Translations under genes and position numbers: made by a program
Shown here: in pieces, positions 17,801 through 20,000 of the stretch
How the letters are laid out: each line of letters begins with the position of its first letter
How positions within the stretch are numbered: the first letter of the stretch is position 1
Notes under the pieces: model-generated
The model's database searches: none
The model's input: only the letters and a program-made list of their open reading frames with translations
What the model was told of the DNA's origin: nothing
Source of the DNA: Reclinomonas americana ATCC 50394
Taxonomy: Eukaryota
Direction of reading: 5' to 3'
DNA length: 20,000 bases
NCBI GenBank assembly: GCA_048213135.1
Contig: PS015097.1
Span: 375,231 to 395,230 of the forward strand

Positions 17801-18597
17801 NNNNNNNNNNNNNNNNNNNNNNNNNNNNNNNNNNNNNNNNNNNNNNNNNNNNNNNNNNNNNNNNNNNNNNNNNNNNNNNNNNNNNNNNNNNNNNNNNNNN
17901 NNNNNNNNNNNNNNNNNNNNNNNNNNNNNNNGGGCAGTCGTGCTGCGCTGGCAAGTGTGTCAACCTCAGCAACAATCCATTCAACTGCGGCACGTGCGGC
18001 AAGTCGTGCGCCGCCGGTCAGGACTGCTGCAACAGCGTGTGCTACACCATCAGCAACTACGCCACTGACGTCAAGAATTGCGGCAAATGCGGCAACGTGT
18101 GCCCCACTGGCCAGTCGTGCTGCAACGGCGTCTGCACCAACCTCAGCAACAACGCCAACAACTGTGGCACCTGTGGCAAGACGTGCGCCACCGGTCAAGT
18201 CTGCTGCAACGGCTTGTGCGTCCTGTCCAGCAGTTTCACCAACGACAGGAACAATTGTGGCTCTTGCGGCTTTGTGTGCCCCGCTACTAGCCAGTCGTGC
18301 TGCAACAGCAAGTGCGTCGTGTTGAGCAGCGATCCGAGCAACTGCGGCACCTGTGGCAAGACGTGCCCCACTGGCCAGTCGTGCTGCAATAGTGTCTGCG
18401 TTAATACCCAGAGCTTCGCCACCGACGCCAAGAATTGTGGCACGTGCGGACATGTGTGCCCGCTGACGGCACCCAATTGCTGCAGCGGATCGTGTGTGGC
18501 GCCGACCAATGATCCGCTGAAATGTGGTCCGTGCGCCAATATACAGTGCCTTCCCAATCTCAAGTGCTGCACGGGAGTGTGCAAGACCGCCTGCTGA
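14610..18597 (+). CDS. Secreted protein: signal peptide + jelly-roll/galactose-binding-like domain + long array of Stig1-type Cys-rich repeats
   Basis: Exons 14610-14625, 14706-14768, 14914-15132, 15225-15566 and 15649-18597 (TGA; interrupted by 2 gaps). All four introns are GTGAGT..CAG, phase 1, and join in frame. N-terminus MSTKHVTSRLLVPLLCVIILLVGVSHG is a signal peptide. Repeat unit [SD]xxNCGxCGxxCxxGQxCCxGxCVxL is the pattern of Stig1-family repeats. No TM or GPI-like C-terminus (ends CCTGVCKTAC). Confidence 0.85.
14806..14846 (+). repeat. (TG)n microsatellite in intron 2 of the Stig1-repeat gene
   Basis: Seen directly. Confidence 0.95.
16652..16844. other. Assembly gap within the Cys-rich repeat array
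   Basis: N run flanked by repeat units. Confidence 0.99.
17165..17931. other. Assembly gap within the Cys-rich repeat array
   Basis: N run; the flanks read ..tgccccact|gggcagtcg.., i.e. the same point of the repeat unit on both sides. Confidence 0.99.
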
Positions 18598-18773
18598 ACT
18601 GCACCACCCAAGTGAAATCGGGCGCAGCTGAGCATTGTTAATGTAAAGAAGAAGCTCTGGCCTTAGAACAATAGAACCATTGAGGGTGGGACAACGAGGA
18701 GCACAAACATCCAGCTGAGGGGACAGCGATCAAGTACCTGACGTACAACTAGTGCAGGCCATGGTTCATTGCG

Positions 18774-19811
18774 CTACCACCAAAGCGCGCGACGCTCAAT
18801 CACCTCTGCATCCTCCAACACAAAGCACCGCAGCACAACATCAACGAGGATCCAGTCACGGCCATCGTCCTCCTCGCCGAACAGCAGCTCGTCGACGGCC
18901 AGCGCGGCCGATCGCGCGGCCGCAAGCTCGTGCCGCGACAGTCCACGCGGCGTGGTCCACACTCGGATCGTCTTGTCTCCGCCCGCGCTCACAATGTGGT
19001 GACCATTGGAAGTGACGGCAACGCTAACCACTGAGCGAGTGTGTCCCTCCAACCGTCGCACCTCCTCACCGCTCGCCAGCGACCACACACGCACTGTGGT
19101 GTCATCGCTTCCGCTGATGACGTGTTGGCCGTCGGGAGTGAGAGCGACGGACAGCACTGCACTGCTGTGCCCCTCCAATCGCCGTACTTCCTCGCCGCTC
19201 GCCAGAGACCACACACGTACCGTATGATCATCGCCCGCGCTCACAATGCGCTCGCCATCGGGAGCGACAGCAGAAGACCACACCAATTCAGCGTGCCCAT
19301 CCAGTCGTCGTACTTCTTCTCCACTCGCGAGGGACCACACTCGCATTGTAGCATCCTGACACCCGCAAATAATATGCTGACCATCTGGAGTGACGGCGAC
19401 ACAATACACCCCGCCAGAGTGCCCCGACAGGCGCCGCACTTCTTCTCCACCGGCCAGTGACCACACCCGCAATGTCTTGTCATGGCCGCCGCTCACAATG
19501 TGCTGACCATCAGGAGTAACAGCGACAGACCACACCCATGCAGTGTGTCCCTCCAACCGCCGTTCTTCCTCGCCGCTAGCAAGAGACCACACTCGCAATG
19601 TCTTGTCGAAACTGCCGCTGACAATGTGGCGACCGTCGGGAGTGACAGCGACGGAGGCAACCCATCCAGTGTGTCCCTCCAACCGTCGCACTTCTTCTCC
19701 AGTCGTGAGCGACCACACACGCAGTGTCTTGTCAGTGCTTCCACTCACGACGTGGAGACCGTCGGGAGTGATGGCCACACATCGCACCGTGTCTGTGTGA
19801 CCATGTAAGAC
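18774..19811 (-). CDS. Last coding exon of a WD40-repeat protein (7 highly similar repeats, HET-E/NWD-like) with a helical C-terminal tail; upstream exons lie off the window
   Basis: Acceptor CAG at 19814-19812 (phase 0) downstream of a (CT)n tract. Seven 42-aa repeats LEGHxxxVxSVAVTPDGxHIVSGSxDKTxRVWSLASGEEVRR with 126-nt DNA periodicity. TAG at 18776-18774. Confidence 0.88.
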   Translation of the reverse strand, partial: VLHGHTDTVRCVAITPDGLHVVSGSTDKTLRVWSLTTGEEVRRLEGHTGWVASVAVTPDGRHIVSGSFDKTLRVWSLASGEEERRLEGHTAWVWSVAVTPDGQHIVSGGHDKTLRVWSLAGGEEVRRLSGHSGGVYCVAVTPDGQHIICGCQDATMRVWSLASGEEVRRLDGHAELVWSSAVAPDGERIVSAGDDHTVRVWSLASGEEVRRLEGHSSAVLSVALTPDGQHVISGSDDTTVRVWSLASGEEVRRLEGHTRSVVSVAVTSNGHHIVSAGGDKTIRVWTTPRGLSRHELAAARSAALAVDELLFGEEDDGRDWILVDVVLRCFVLEDAEVIERRALWW

Positions 19812-19836
19812 CTGTGTCAAACGATGAGACAGGCAC

Positions 19837-19838
<2 letters not shown>

Positions 19839-19906
<68 letters not shown>

Positions 19907-19931
19907 GACGACGACGACGACGACGTACGAC

Positions 19932-20000
<69 letters not shown>
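19839..20000 (+). repeat. Compound microsatellite (AG)n-(ACG)n-(AC)n in an intron of the WD40 gene
   Basis: Seen directly. Confidence 0.95.

Larger units (their letters stand above)
15715..18594 (+). repeat. Coding tandem array of 28-31-aa six-cysteine (Stig1-like) units with higher-order DNA repeats
   Basis: 22 NCGxCG-type motifs visible (11 before the first gap in the array, 4 between the gaps, 7 after). Near-identical DNA blocks recur at 177- and 261-bp spacing (tgcggctcgtgcggcaacgtgtgccccact near 15993, 16170 and 16431). Confidence 0.9.

Noticed and set aside
15637-18635. Alternative-frame and antisense ORFs over the Cys-rich array, and apparent frameshifts across the gaps
   Set aside because: Shadows of a GC-rich coding repeat. 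Gap lengths are estimates, so the frame offsets are not evidence of a pseudogene.
15715-19811. Regular DNA repeats as a possible CRISPR array or satellite
   Set aside because: Periods are multiples of three with no unique spacers, and they are fully explained by protein repeats (Stig1-like, WD40).
19812-20000. CVCVCV/LSLSLS N-terminus of ORF 18774..20000
   Set aside because: Microsatellite in an intron upstream of the acceptor at 19812.

Overview
Intron-rich, GC-rich eukaryotic DNA, most likely a protist draft assembly, with three N-gaps. The ORF track is misleading because the genes are spliced. Reading GT/GC-AG junctions by hand gives four tightly packed genes. (1) 1-527 (-): the 5' part of a multi-pass membrane protein with a class-C-GPCR/7TM-RGS-like first cytoplasmic loop, absent from the ORF track. 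(2) 692-13990 (-): about 33 exons and about 2,490 aa. It has a signal peptide, a long Chlamydia-Pmp-like (FxxN / GGA[ILV]) beta-helix ectodomain, a Cys-rich ephrin-receptor-like module and a roughly 9-helix membrane domain. (3) 14610-18597 (+), head-to-head with gene 2: a secreted protein with a bacterial-looking jelly-roll domain followed by at least 22 Stig1-type Cys-rich repeats. (4) 18774-19811 (-): the last coding exon of a WD40 protein with 7 highly similar, HET-E-like repeats. The most striking feature is in gene 2. Twelve consecutive beta-helix repeats are each bounded by phase-0 introns, and seven of them are split by a phase-1 intron at the same glycine position. This makes a frame-safe cassette array that could support combinatorial splicing. 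The gene also repeatedly uses an unusual GTTGCG(T) donor. All exon models are manual, unverified by RNA, and family assignments are from recognised motifs only.
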